In this document: positions 28,171 to 38,491 of the stretch, piece after piece
Layout: every line of letters starts with the position of its first letter
How positions within the stretch are numbered: the first letter of the stretch is position 1
Assembly: GCA_937927455.1 (NCBI GenBank)
Contig: CALBEG010000046.1
Span: 1 to 39,939, forward strand
DNA: 39,939 nucleotides
Source: an uncultured Elioraea sp.
GTDB lineage: Bacteria; Pseudomonadota; Alphaproteobacteria; Acetobacterales; Acetobacteraceae
Direction of reading: 5' to 3'
Position numbers and translations under genes: made by a program
The notes under the pieces: generated by a model
What the model saw: the letters and a program-made list of their open reading frames with translations, nothing else
Told to the model about the DNA's origin: nothing
Database searches by the model: none

Positions 28171-30609
28171 ATGAACACGCAAGACGCCGCCCGCCCATCC
28201 CGCCTCGTCCCGCCTGCCGTCGTCGAACTGCTCCGGCGGCGCGCGGCGGACCTTGCCGGGGTGTCTTCCGCTCTGGTTGGCATTACGCTGGCGGCAGCGC
28301 TCGCCACCTACGATCCGGCGGATCCCTCCCTCAACACCGCGACCGTCGCTTCAGTGTCCAATCTCGCTGGGCCGGCGGGCGCCATTTTCGCCGATCTTGC
28401 CCTGCAGGGCTTCGGGCTCGCTGCCTGGCTCATTGTTGTCACGCCTCTGGGGTGGGGCTTTGCGCTGATCGCGCGCGGGGCGGTGGGCGCGCCTCTCGTT
28501 CGCCTCGCTTGTCTGCTCGTCGCCCTGCCTTTGGTCTCCGCCGTCCTTTCGTTGATACCGCTCGACGGTGGACAGTTGGCGCCCGCTGGCGTGGGTGGGG
28601 TGGCTGGCATCGTCGTCGCCGACCGCGTGCTCGCCGCGGGTGAAGCGGTGCTTGGCCTTCTCGGCCGCGTGTTCGCGGGGTTTGCCCTGTTGGGCTTCGC
28701 TGCTCTGTTCGCTGCGGTGGCGATCGGGCTGACGCCGGGCGAGTGGTTCCGTGCCGTGCGCGCGGCGCTACGAGGGTGTGTGGTCGCCGGTCGAGCGGTG
28801 CTTCGGGTCGCGCTTGGTCTGCGCGCGCGCGTGGCACGAACCCGCGAGACGATCGCCGCTGGCCGGGCGGCGCGGCGCCGCGTCGAACCCCGGGTCGTGC
28901 CGCTTGCGCCCGATCCGCCGACCGCCTCCGAGGAGCAAGGCGTGGCGACGGCGCAGCAGACGGCGCCGCCCATCATCGCCGCTCCCGCACCTCCGTCGCG
29001 CCCGGCGCGCAGGGTCGAAACGCCACCTGAGCCGAAGCGCAACACCTTCGCCGGACAGGGGGCGCTGCCGCTTGGCGGAGGCTGGGTGCCACCACCGCTC
29101 ACCTTGCTCGCCGCCCCGCCGGCGAATCGCCCGGGCCGGCCCTCGGCCGAGGCGCTCGAGGCGAATGCCCGCCTTCTGGAAGGTGTGCTGGCCGATTTCG
29201 GCGTGCAGGGGCGAATCGTCGCCATCCGCCCCGGCCCCGTGGTCACGCTCTATGAGCTCGAGCCCGCCCCGGGCACGAAGTCGAGCCGCGTGATCGGGCT
29301 TGCCGACGACATCGCGCGGTCGATGAGCGCGCTTTCGGTGCGGGTGGCGGTGGTGCCGGGGCGGAACGCGATCGGCATCGAACTGCCCAATGCGCGGCGC
29401 GAGACCGTGTGGCTCTCCGAACTCCTCGGCTCGGAGGACTGGGCCCGCTCGAAGGGCAGGCTTGATCTCGCGCTGGGGAAGGACATTGGCGGCGCTTCCG
29501 TCATCGTCGATCTCGCCGCCATGCCGCACCTCCTCATCGCCGGCACCACAGGGTCGGGCAAGTCGGTTGCCATCAACACCATGATCCTCTCGATCCTGAT
29601 GCGGCACCCGCCCGAGGAATGCCGGTTCATCATGATCGACCCCAAGATGCTTGAGCTTTCCGTCTACGACCGCATCCCACACCTGCTTGCCCCGGTGGTG
29701 ACCGAGCCTGCCAAGGCGGTGGGCGCGCTGAAATGGGCGGTGCGCGAGATGGAGAGGCGCTATCGGCTGATGAGCCAGCTCGGCGTGCGCAACATCGCGG
29801 GCTACAACGCCCGCATCTCGGACGCGAAGGCGAAAGGCGAGACTCTGACCCGCCGGGTGCAGACCGGCTATGACCCGGAGACCGGCCGCCCCACCTTCGA
29901 GGAGCAGCCGGTCGGCGGCGACAAGCTGCCCTTCATCGTCGTCGTGGTCGACGAGATGGCAGATCTGATGATCGTCGCCGGCAAGGAGATCGAGGCCGCG
30001 GTGCAGAGGCTCGCCCAGATGGCGCGCGCAGCAGGGATTCACATCATCATGGCGACGCAACGGCCGTCGGTCGACGTCATCACTGGCGTGATCAAGGCGA
30101 ACTTCCCCACCCGGATCTCGTTTCGGGTGGTGAGCAAGGTCGATTCCCGCACCATCCTCGGCGAACAGGGCGCGGAGCAGCTGTTGGGGCAGGGCGACAT
30201 GCTCTACATGGCGGGGGGCGATCGCATCCTCCGCGTGCATGGGCCCTTCGTCTCCGACCGCGAGGTGGAGAGCGTGGTCGAGCACCTGCGCAGCCTGGGC
30301 GAGCCGGACTATCTCGACGACGTGACTGAAACCGACAGCGCCGTGGCTCAGGCTGGCGGTGAGGCGCCTTTGCCCGGCTTCGGCGCGGTCTTGGGCGAGG
30401 ACGGCGACGAGGCGAGCCTCTACGACCAGGCGGTTGCCCTCGTTGTGCGCGAGGGCAAGGCGTCCACCTCCTTCGTGCAGCGCCACCTTCAGATCGGCTA
30501 CAACCGCGCGGCGCGCCTGATTGAGCGGATGGAGAAGGAAGGCGTGGTCGGCCCGCCGAACCATGTGGGAAAACGCGAGATCCTGGTTCGCCGGCCTGAG
30601 GAGGGCTGA
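28171..30609 (+). CDS. ftsK: DNA translocase FtsK
   Basis: N-terminal TM domain, GPVVTLYE, Walker [27 protein letters not shown] and gamma domain [12 protein letters not shown]. Confidence 0.98.
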   Translation: MNTQDAARPSRLVPPAVVELLRRRAADLAGVSSALVGITLAAALATYDPADPSLNTATVASVSNLAGPAGAIFADLALQGFGLAAWLIVVTPLGWGFALIARGAVGAPLVRLACLLVALPLVSAVLSLIPLDGGQLAPAGVGGVAGIVVADRVLAAGEAVLGLLGRVFAGFALLGFAALFAAVAIGLTPGEWFRAVRAALRGCVVAGRAVLRVALGLRARVARTRETIAAGRAARRRVEPRVVPLAPDPPTASEEQGVATAQQTAPPIIAAPAPPSRPARRVETPPEPKRNTFAGQGALPLGGGWVPPPLTLLAAPPANRPGRPSAEALEANARLLEGVLADFGVQGRIVAIRPGPVVTLYELEPAPGTKSSRVIGLADDIARSMSALSVRVAVVPGRNAIGIELPNARRETVWLSELLGSEDWARSKGRLDLALGKDIGGASVIVDLAAMPHLLIAGTTGSGKSVAINTMILSILMRHPPEECRFIMIDPKMLELSVYDRIPHLLAPVVTEPAKAVGALKWAVREMERRYRLMSQLGVRNIAGYNARISDAKAKGETLTRRVQTGYDPETGRPTFEEQPVGGDKLPFIVVVVDEMADLMIVAGKEIEAAVQRLAQMARAAGIHIIMATQRPSVDVITGVIKANFPTRISFRVVSKVDSRTILGEQGAEQLLGQGDMLYMAGGDRILRVHGPFVSDREVESVVEHLRSLGEPDYLDDVTETDSAVAQAGGEAPLPGFGAVLGEDGDEASLYDQAVALVVREGKASTSFVQRHLQIGYNRAARLIERMEKEGVVGPPNHVGKREILVRRPEEG

Positions 30610-30630
30610 ACGCGGCCGGGACGCGCGGGG

Positions 30631-30659
30631 CTTGGGAGAGGCCCGTTCCGCACTATCTC
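30631..30659 (+). promoter_or_regulatory. Candidate RpoH-type promoter, probably giving a near-leaderless GNAT mRNA
   Basis: CTTG-N17-ACTATCT resembles the alphaproteobacterial RpoH consensus CTTG-N17/18-CYTATNT. The ATG follows 9 nt later with no RBS. Confidence 0.35.
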
Positions 30660-30667
30660 CCTCGGCG

Positions 30668-31828
30668 ATGGCCGACCGCGCGCCAGCACTCTCGTTCGAC
30701 CTCGTAGACCGCATCGCCGATGTCGCAGCCGCCGACTGGGACGCCTGCGCCGGCGACGACAACCCCTTCGTCAGCCACGCCTTCCTCGCCTGCCTCGAGG
30801 AGTCCGGTTCCGCCTCTCCGCGCACGGGCTGGCTGCCGCGCCATCTCCTGCTGCGCGACGCGCAAGGGCAGGTGGTCGCGGTCGCTCCGCTCTATGCGAA
30901 GTCGCACTCCTGGGGAGAATACGTGTTCGACCACGCCTGGGCGGATGCCCTGGACCGGGCGGGAGGGCGGTACTACCCGAAACTCCAGGCTGCCGTCCCG
31001 TTCAGCCCTGTACCGGGCCCTCGGCTTCTTGTTCGCGAAGTGTCGCTTCGACCTGCGGTCGCAGCTGCACTCGTGCGCGCTTGCGATGACCTTCGGCTTT
31101 CTTCCGTGCACGTCACGTTCTGCGCGGAAGATGAACAGGGCGTGCTGCAGAGTGCGGGTTTTCTGCCGCGGCTGGGCCTGCAATTCCATTGGCGGAACGA
31201 AGCCTTTGGCACGTTTGACGACTTCCTTGGCCGGCTTGCCTCGCGCAAGCGCAAGCAGGTGAGGAAGGAGCGTGAGCGCGCGCGCTCGGGCTTGCGCATC
31301 CGCCCTCTGCGGGGGCGCGAGATCACCGCCCGGCACTGGGATGCCTTCAACACCTTCTACCTCGCCACGGTCGACAAGCGCTGGGGCCAGGCCTACCTGA
31401 CGCGTCGCTTCTGGCCGATACTCGGCGAATGCTTGGGCGATCGCGTCGTGCTGATGTGGGCGGAGGAGGAGGACGGCACGCCGGTGGCGGGGGCGCTCAA
31501 CCTGCTCGGACGCGATGCCTTGTTCGGGCGGAACTGGGGCGCGGCGCGCGAGGTGCCCTTTCTCCATTTCGAGCTCTGCTACTACCAGGCGATCGAATTC
31601 GCGATCGCGCATGGCTTGGCCCGGGTCGAGGCGGGAGCGCAAGGCGAGCACAAGGTGAGCCGCGGCTACCTGCCTGTGCCGACCTTCTCCGCGCACTGGA
31701 TCGCTCATGAGGGGCTGCGCGACGCGGTGGCCCGGTTCCTCGCCCGCGAACGCCCGGCGGTGCGCGCGACGATCACGCGCATTGCCCAGGAACAGAGCCC
31801 GTTCCGCGAGGAGAGCGGTCAGGGTTGA
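30668..31828 (+). CDS. FemAB-like GNAT family protein (DUF482 type)
   Basis: NPF.SHAFL, KSHSWGEYVFDHAWA, YYPKL...PFSPVPG, HFELCYYQAIE and EAGAQGEHK motifs. Confidence 0.93.
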   Translation: MADRAPALSFDLVDRIADVAAADWDACAGDDNPFVSHAFLACLEESGSASPRTGWLPRHLLLRDAQGQVVAVAPLYAKSHSWGEYVFDHAWADALDRAGGRYYPKLQAAVPFSPVPGPRLLVREVSLRPAVAAALVRACDDLRLSSVHVTFCAEDEQGVLQSAGFLPRLGLQFHWRNEAFGTFDDFLGRLASRKRKQVRKERERARSGLRIRPLRGREITARHWDAFNTFYLATVDKRWGQAYLTRRFWPILGECLGDRVVLMWAEEEDGTPVAGALNLLGRDALFGRNWGAAREVPFLHFELCYYQAIEFAIAHGLARVEAGAQGEHKVSRGYLPVPTFSAHWIAHEGLRDAVARFLARERPAVRATITRIAQEQSPFREESGQG

Positions 31829-31861
31829 ACCGCCGCGCGCGCGGGGCGAGGCTCGCCGGCG

Positions 31862-32743
31862 ATGCTTGCCGCCTATGCGATGCTCGCCTCGTCGATGGCG
31901 CTCGTCGGCGCCAATGTGCCGCTGGCGAAATTGCTCGCCGAGGCTCTGCCGATCCCGCTGATTGCCTGCCTCCGTTGCCTGCTCGCCATCCTCGTGCTGT
32001 GGCCGCTGATGCGGCTGATCGATCGGCCCGTCTCTGTGCCGTCGCGGGCCATCCTGGGCAACCTGTTCTGGCAGGCGGCGTTCGGCACCGCTCTCTACAA
32101 CGCCGGGCTGTTGGCTGGACTTCGCTTCACCTCGGCGCTCGAAGGCGGGCTTGTGCTCGCCACCCTGCCGGCGGTGGTCGCGATCGGGTCTGCGCTGTGG
32201 CTTGGCGAGCGGCTCGGCGCACGTGGCTGGGCGGCAGCTGGCCTCGCGGCGATTGGCATGGCGGCGATCAACGCCGTGCGTGCGGGGATGGAGGGTGAAG
32301 GCTCGCTGCTGGGCAACGGCCTTGTCTTCGCGGGGGTGGTTGGAGAGGCGGTCTACGTGCTGCTGGCCAAGCGGATCGCGGGGCGTGTCCGTGTACTGAC
32401 GGCGTCGTTCTGGATGCAGCTCTTTTCGTTTCTGCAACTGACGCCCTTCGCCTTGGCCTCTCTTTCTCGGCTTGAGGAAGATGGCTTGCGAGGGGACATC
32501 GTCGTGCTGCTCGTCCTCCACAGCCTGACTGCGAGCGTGCTCTGCCTCCTGCTTTGGTACGGAGGCTTGCGTCGTGCGCCCGCTTCCATCGCCGGTGTGT
32601 TCACCGCCTTCCTGCCTGCCACAGCGGCGCTGGTCGGCGTCTTGGTTCTCGGCGAGCGGTTCACGCTCGCGCATGGCGCGGGGCTTGCCCTCATGCTCGG
32701 CTCGATCCTGCTCGCCACCCGGACGTCGCGAGGGACGGGGTGA
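31862..32743 (+). CDS. DMT/EamA family transporter
   Basis: About 10 TM segments in two EamA repeats, each ending in an LGER motif. Confidence 0.9.
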   Translation: MLAAYAMLASSMALVGANVPLAKLLAEALPIPLIACLRCLLAILVLWPLMRLIDRPVSVPSRAILGNLFWQAAFGTALYNAGLLAGLRFTSALEGGLVLATLPAVVAIGSALWLGERLGARGWAAAGLAAIGMAAINAVRAGMEGEGSLLGNGLVFAGVVGEAVYVLLAKRIAGRVRVLTASFWMQLFSFLQLTPFALASLSRLEEDGLRGDIVVLLVLHSLTASVLCLLLWYGGLRRAPASIAGVFTAFLPATAALVGVLVLGERFTLAHGAGLALMLGSILLATRTSRGTG

Positions 32744-34327
32744 GAGCCTGGTTCGCCTGCACGGGTGCTGCACGAGTTACGCGCCCGGTCGAAGACACGC
32801 TCGGGCGGCTCGCGGCGGCGCGGGCGCATCGCGGTCTGTCGGCGAGCGTGGAGCAGAACGAGGCATGGGCGCGTGTGATCGAATCCCAGCAGGCAGCGGT
32901 CGCGGCGAACGGGGGTGCGGGTTGGACGATCGCGCTCGCATACGACCTGGTGCGACTGGAGAGGCGCATCGACGCTGTCCTGCTGACCGATCGCGCGACC
33001 CTCGTGCTGGAGTGCAAGTCGCGTGCGGCGGATCGCGGGGCCCTGCGCCAGGTTGAGGACTATGCGCTCGATCTGCGTGACTTCCGTGCGGGGGCCCGAT
33101 CGCACCCGATCGTGCCGGTCCTGGTCGCCATAGAGGTCACGCCGCGGGCCGTTCAGCGGTCTCTGCCATGGCCCGATGTGGCCGAGCCGTTCGCCACCAC
33201 GCACAATGGGCTGAGCCTGCTCATCCAGGAGATCCTCGCAGGGGTCCCGGCGCCAGACGTTCCGCTCGATGGCGAAACGTGGCTCGCCGCACCCTATCGC
33301 CCGGTTCCGACCATGATCGAGGCGGCGACCATGCCGTACGCGCGCCACGGTGTCGCCGAGATCGCGGAGGCCAGGGCGCACCATGCGAATCTGACTCGCA
33401 CTGCGTCCGCGATCGACCGTGCGATCGAGCAAGCAAAACGGGATCGCGCGCGGACCGTCGTCTTCGTCACCGGCATTCCCGGCTCCGGCAAGACTCTCTG
33501 CGGGTTGAACGCGGTGTTCGGGTGGGCCCGCACCGACGGGGGGCATTCCTCTCCGGCAACGTGCCGCTGATCACCGTGCTGCGTGCGGCACTCGCCCGCG
33601 AGCGGCGGCGCGGGGTGCTGCGCGCGGCGAGGCGGAGCGTCGCGTGAAGGCTGCGCTGGAGTATGTCCATCGCTTCCTCGAGGATTTCGCAGCAAACCCG
33701 GGTCGCGTTCCTGCCGAGCGCGTCGTCGTGTTCGATGAAGCCTAGCGCGCGTGGGACGAGGCCAGGGCACGGCAGGGCACGCAGCGCCGACCCGGCTGGC
33801 TGACGATGAACGAGGCCGCGCACATGCGGGAGTTCATGAGGCGGACGCAGGGTTGGGCGGTGATCGTCGCTCTGATCGGGAACGGGCAGGAGATCAACAC
33901 GGGCGAAGCGGGCCTTGCCGAGTGGGGCAGGGCGATCACCGCCAGCGGGGTGTGGCGCGCCGCAGCTGCCCTCGAGCTTTCTGCGACCGAATACTCCTGC
34001 CAGGGCCTCGAACTCGACGTGGTGGGGCTCGTCTGGGGCGACGACCTGTTGCGAGAGCGCGCGGGCTGGCGGGCGCGGCGTTTCGCCGGCACGCGCTGGC
34101 AGGCGGTGCGCCACTACGCGCGCCACATCGTCAACACCTATCGCGTGTTGCTGACCCGGGCGCGCCACGAGACCACGATTCTCGTCCCGATCGGTGACGC
34201 GGACGATCCGACCCGCCCGCCCGCCGAGTTCGATGCGATCGCGCAGCGCTTGGGCGAAGCTGGCGTTGGCTCGCTCGAACTCTCCGCTGCCGCCGCACGC
34301 CACGGCCTCACCCTCAAGCTGCTCTGA
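32740..34327 (+). pseudogene. PD-(D/E)xK-like nuclease plus DUF2075 (Schlafen group 3-like) helicase pseudogene
   Basis: GTG at 32740 overlaps the DMT stop. Motifs RRIDAVLL..LVLECK..QVEDYALDL, Walker A TGIPGSGKT, FLSGN.PL, VVVFDEA*R, GQEINTGEAG, QGLELD and NTYRVLLTRAR. Lesions: frameshifts near 33540 and 33630, stop at 33743-33745, probable large deletion near 33970. Confidence 0.85.
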
Positions 34328-34967
34328 TGGCTCGCCAGCCGATCGCCGCCGGCAGCCAGGTCGCAAGACCGGGAAAGAGATAGACCACAACCACGCTGGC
34401 CATCTGGAGCGCGACGGACGGAAGAGAATTGCGGTAGATCGCGGTGGTCGAGACCTCCTTCGGGGCGACGCTGCGCAGGAAGAACAGGGCCCAGCCGAAG
34501 GGTGGCGTGAGAAAGGAGGGCTGCAGGTTGACGCAGATCAGGGTCGCGAGCCAGACCGGGCCGACCCCCGCATGGGCGAACACCGGCAGGAAGAGGGGAA
34601 CCGCGATGTAGGTGATCTCGATCCACTCGAGGAAAAACCCGAGCACGAAGACGAGCGCCATCATGAACCAGATGTCGGCGGCCAGGCCGCCCGGAATGAC
34701 CGCGAACAGGTCATGCACCAACGCCTCACCCTGCAAGCCGCGGAAGGCGAGCGCGAACACTCGTGCGCAGATCAGGATGAACATCATCATCGCGGTGATC
34801 CGCGTCGTGGTCTGAACCGTCTCCTTCAGCACCGTCCAGGAGAAGCGACCGCCGAGTGTGATGATGACGATCCCACCGAGGGCGACCATCGAGGCGGCTT
34901 CGGTGGGCGCGGCGATGCGGCCGATCGCATCGATGGCCCGATCGATCAGGTCGGCCGCACGCTTTAT
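34314..34967 (-). pseudogene. Fused dctQ (first ~20 codons) / dctM (C-terminal half) TRAP remnant
   Basis: DctQ-like N-terminus (I)KRAADLIDRAIDAIGRIAA joins DctM-type PTEAA...GFFLEWIEI...SFLTPPFGWALFFL. ATA sits at the expected start position (34967). Confidence 0.8.
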
Positions 34968-34981
34968 CGTCCGATGGCTTC

Positions 34982-36064
34982 TCAGGCGCGGGCAGGGCGG
35001 ATCCTGGTGTGGTAGGGAACCTCGCTCTGTTCCGACCAAGCATCGAAATTCGCTTTGTAGGCGAGGTCGCTCTCATGCACTCGGCGGGTCAACGGGTCGC
35101 GCTCGACAGCCTGAGCGAGCACCTTCATCGTCTCCTCGCGCAGCCGCTCGATCACCGGGTCGGGCAGCTGACGCGCGATCACGCCGTGTTTGCGCATGAG
35201 ATCGTCGAGCGCGTCGGCATTGTTCTTCTGGCACCAGGCTTCGCTGATCACGTTGCAGGCGGCGCAGGCGTTCTCGACGATCGCCTTGAGATCGTTCGGC
35301 AGGCGGCTCCAGGCTGCCTTGTTGATCGCGAGTTCGGTCGCGGTCGCCGTCTCGTGCCAGCCGGTCGTGGAGTAGAATGTGGCGACGTGGTGCAGACCCA
35401 AATGGAGATCCAGATCGGGCCCGACGAACTCGGCGGCATCAATGACGCCGCGCTCCAGGGCAGGGAAGATCTCGCCAGCCGGCAGGAGCCGCGTACCCAC
35501 CCCAAGCGCCTGATGGACGCTGCCCGCGAGGCCAGGGATGCGTATCTTCAGACCCCGCAGATCCTCGACAGTCTCGATCGGGCAGCGGAACCACCCCGTC
35601 ATCTGGACGCCGGTATTGCCACAAAAGAACGATACGATATTAAATCGATCATAGACCTCGCGCCAAAGATCGAGTCCGCCGCCGTCGTACATCCAGCCGT
35701 TGAGACCCTGGAAGTTGAGCCCGAGTGGCACGGCGGTGAAGTACTGGGCGGCAAAGCTGCGGCCGGTCCAGGACTATGCGTTGGCGTAGTTGCACTCCAC
35801 GAGGCCCTGGCTCACCGCGTCGAAGCCTTCCGCAGCGGGAATGAGCTCGCCGGCGCCGAAGAACTGGATCCTGAGACGCACGCGTGACATCGCCTCGATG
35901 CGGCGTATCAGGTCGCGCGCACTGCCGGGACCGGTCGCGTAGAAGGCAGCGTTCGGCCCGTAGGAGGACGTCATGCGCCAAGTGATGGTGGACCGTGCGG
36001 TGGCAACCGCCGGGGCGGCGAGCGCGGCAACGGCGGCGGTGGCGAGCAGGGGTCTGCGCTGCAT
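34982..36064 (-). pseudogene. TRAP substrate-binding protein (TakP-like) with internal stop
   Basis: MQRRPLL signal, GAGELIPA...FDAVSQG, GNTGVQMTGWF, GLKIRIPG and EIFPALERGVIDAAEF. One in-frame TAG at 35774-35776. Confidence 0.88.
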
Positions 36065-36295
36065 GGAGGCTCGTTCGGAAAAGAATGACACCCTGGCGTT
36101 GTCCGTTGAGGTGCAAGGCCCATGCTATGAGCGGAGATGCGTCTTGGAGCCGGCGTTCACGCACCCGCGGGCGACGCCTCGCGCACGCTGCCCGCGCGTA
36201 CATCACCGCCGGGTCGCGACCATGGCCTTACCTCGGCGGACTTGCTTAAACTTCGTACGGGCTGGCAGAGCCCGCAACGCTGAGGGGAGAAAACA

Positions 36296-36730
36296 ATGCT
36301 GGTGGAAACGATCCTGAAGGAGAAAGGGTCTGACGTGGTCTCGGTCGCGCCCGCCGTGAATGTCATGGAGGCAGCGAAGATCCTGAACGCGCGGCGGATC
36401 GGCTCGGTGCTCGTGCGCAACGACGACGGCGGGATTGCGGGCCTTCTTTCTGAAGGCGACATCGTGCGCGGCATCGCCGAACAGGGGGCGGCTTCGCTAA
36501 GCATGCCAGTGAGTGCCCTGATGACGCGTGACGTGGCCTTCGCCTCGCCTCGGGATACGCTCGACTCGGTGCTCGCAGTGATGACGGAGCGACGGTTCCG
36601 CCATCTGCCCGTTCTGGATCAGGGGCGCCTGGTTGGCCTTGTCTCTATCGGCGACGTCGTCAAGCGCAAGATCGAGGAGGTGACGGAGGAGGCGGAGGGG
36701 CTCAGGGCGTTTGTGCAGGGAGCCGGTTGA
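36296..36730 (+). CDS. CBS-domain (tandem pair) protein
   Basis: GLLSEGDIV, MT...RFRHLPV...GLVSIGDVVK. RBS GGGGAG. Confidence 0.93.
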   Translation: MLVETILKEKGSDVVSVAPAVNVMEAAKILNARRIGSVLVRNDDGGIAGLLSEGDIVRGIAEQGAASLSMPVSALMTRDVAFASPRDTLDSVLAVMTERRFRHLPVLDQGRLVGLVSIGDVVKRKIEEVTEEAEGLRAFVQGAG

Positions 36731-36783
36731 GCCATGCCGCGCGGGGCTTTCACAGCGCGCAGCGCGCGCTAGGTTTCCAGCCC

Positions 36784-37515
36784 ATGGAAGAGCTCGCCAC
36801 CTGCCTGCATGACCTGACCGCCCTCGGTACCCAAGGAACCTTGGCGCTGGCCGGAGCGCTGTTCCTGGCCGGCTTGGTTGGGAGCGCCACGCACTGTGTC
36901 GGCATGTGTGGGCCTTTTGTCGCGGCGCAGGTCACCGCTCGCTTCTCCGCTTGCCCCACACTCTCCCGCCTCGAAGCAGGCGCGCTTGTGCCCTACCACC
37001 TCGGGCGCATGCTCACCTACACGGCGCTCGGCGCAGTGTGCGGGCTCCTCTCAGGCACCGTCGTGCATGCGGCGGGCTTTCGGCCCGTGCTGGTTGCCCT
37101 CCTGCTGTCTGGTGCGCTGCTGATGTTGGCGCAGGCGTTCGTGCAAGTCGCCGCCCTGCTGCCCGCCGCTCCAGCCGCCATCGCCGAGCGCGTGGTGCAG
37201 CTCGCTTCGCCCCTGCTCGCCGATCCGAGGGGCTCGCGCCGCTTCCTGCTCGGCGTCGTGCTCGGCTTCCTTCCGTGTGGGCTGCTTTACGGCGCGTTGG
37301 CAGCGGCCGCCGCCTCGGCAAGCGCGCTCGGGGGTGCTCTCGGCATGACGGCCTTCGCGCTCGGCACGATCCCCGGGTTGATCGGCGTCGGGTTCGCGGG
37401 CGCGTTCTTCGGCCGCCGCTTCCAGCCCGTCGCGCGGGCGCTGGCAGCCCCCTTGCTCGTCCTGAACGCTGCCGTCCTTAGCGGGCTTGCGGTGCGCGCC
37501 GCTGGTTACGCCTGA
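36784..37515 (+). CDS. DsbD_2 / TauE-SafE-like membrane protein, probable cbb3 assembly or metal-handling factor
   Basis: HCVGMCGP, YHLGR..TY and GFLPCGLLY motifs. Located near ccoN. Confidence 0.88.
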   Translation: MEELATCLHDLTALGTQGTLALAGALFLAGLVGSATHCVGMCGPFVAAQVTARFSACPTLSRLEAGALVPYHLGRMLTYTALGAVCGLLSGTVVHAAGFRPVLVALLLSGALLMLAQAFVQVAALLPAAPAAIAERVVQLASPLLADPRGSRRFLLGVVLGFLPCGLLYGALAAAAASASALGGALGMTAFALGTIPGLIGVGFAGAFFGRRFQPVARALAAPLLVLNAAVLSGLAVRAAGYA

Positions 37516-37520
37516 CCCCC

Positions 37521-38306
37521 CTACTCAACCACGTCTTTGTAGGCATGCCAGGTCGCATGGCCGATCAGCGGCATCGTAACCGCCAAACCGAGAAACGCTG
37601 GAATAATGCCGAAGGCGGTGAAGGCGACGATCAGCGCGGCCCACAACGTCATCGCTGGCCAATTGAGCCGAACTGCGGTGAAGCTGGTCGCCACCGCGAC
37701 AAACATGTTGGTGTCGCGATCGACGAGCATCGGAATGGAGACGGCGCTGATCGCAAACACCAGGGCGGCGAACAGGGCGCCAACCACCGTGCCGACGGCC
37801 CAGAAAGGGATCGCGGATGCTGCTGTCAGTTTGGCGATGATGGTATCCCAGCTCGGGGTGAAGCCGAGGCCGAAGAACAGAGCGAAGATCAGCAGCGCGA
37901 TCCGAATCCAGCCGAGGTGGAACAGTCCCAGGAGAACGCCCATATAGGAGATCTGGGTCGGGTTGCGCTTGAAGGCTGAGAAGGCCGCCCCAAGGGACAC
38001 CGGCTCGCCCGCCTGCACGCGCCGGCTCGTCTCGTAAAGCCCGGTGGCGAGCAAGGGGGCGAGGAAGAAGAAGCCTGACGTCATCGGCAGCACCAGCCAG
38101 AACGACTCGAACTGCCAGAGGACCAGCAAGAGAGCGTAGGTGATGGCCAGGATCAGCAGCCCGTAGGTCAGACTGACAGCGGGTGCTGCTATCATGTCAC
38201 GCCAGCCGGCGCTCAGCCACGCCCAAGGCCGATCGACCGGAATTCGCCGCACGCGCGGGCTGTCGCCGTAGAAGACTGGCACTGCCCCGCTGTCTACCTG
38301 ACTCAT
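37521..38306 (-). CDS. DUF2189 family integral membrane protein
   Basis: PWAWLSAGWRD, P.LA.GLYE.SRR and P.IGHATWHAY motifs. Confidence 0.88.
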   Translation of the reverse strand: MSQVDSGAVPVFYGDSPRVRRIPVDRPWAWLSAGWRDMIAAPAVSLTYGLLILAITYALLLVLWQFESFWLVLPMTSGFFFLAPLLATGLYETSRRVQAGEPVSLGAAFSAFKRNPTQISYMGVLLGLFHLGWIRIALLIFALFFGLGFTPSWDTIIAKLTAASAIPFWAVGTVVGALFAALVFAISAVSIPMLVDRDTNMFVAVATSFTAVRLNWPAMTLWAALIVAFTAFGIIPAFLGLAVTMPLIGHATWHAYKDVVE

Positions 38307-38399
38307 CGCGTTTCCCACCTTTCCTGCGTGTCGCCGAGCACGCTGCCGCTGAGGCGAAGGCTCGTAGGAAGATGGCACGTTGAGCCGCGCCCGTCGACC

Positions 38400-38413
38400 T
38401 TGACACAGGTCAA
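38400..38413. promoter_or_regulatory. FNR/FixK (FnrL)-type anaerobox
   Basis: Inverted repeat TTGAC-ACAG-GTCAA with perfectly complementary arms, 78 bp upstream of ccoN and ~93 bp upstream of the divergent DUF2189 gene. Confidence 0.85.
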
Positions 38414-38491
38414 TGCCGCTGCACCTTCCTTTCAGCAAAGTGAAGATAGCCCTCGCCGGCGCCGAGGGCAGGTGGCGTGTGAGAGGAATGC

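Noticed and set aside
33743-35776. In-frame TAG codons as pyrrolysine or recoded stops
   Set aside because: TAG is the normal stop of tolB and thiD here, and both affected loci have other inactivating lesions.
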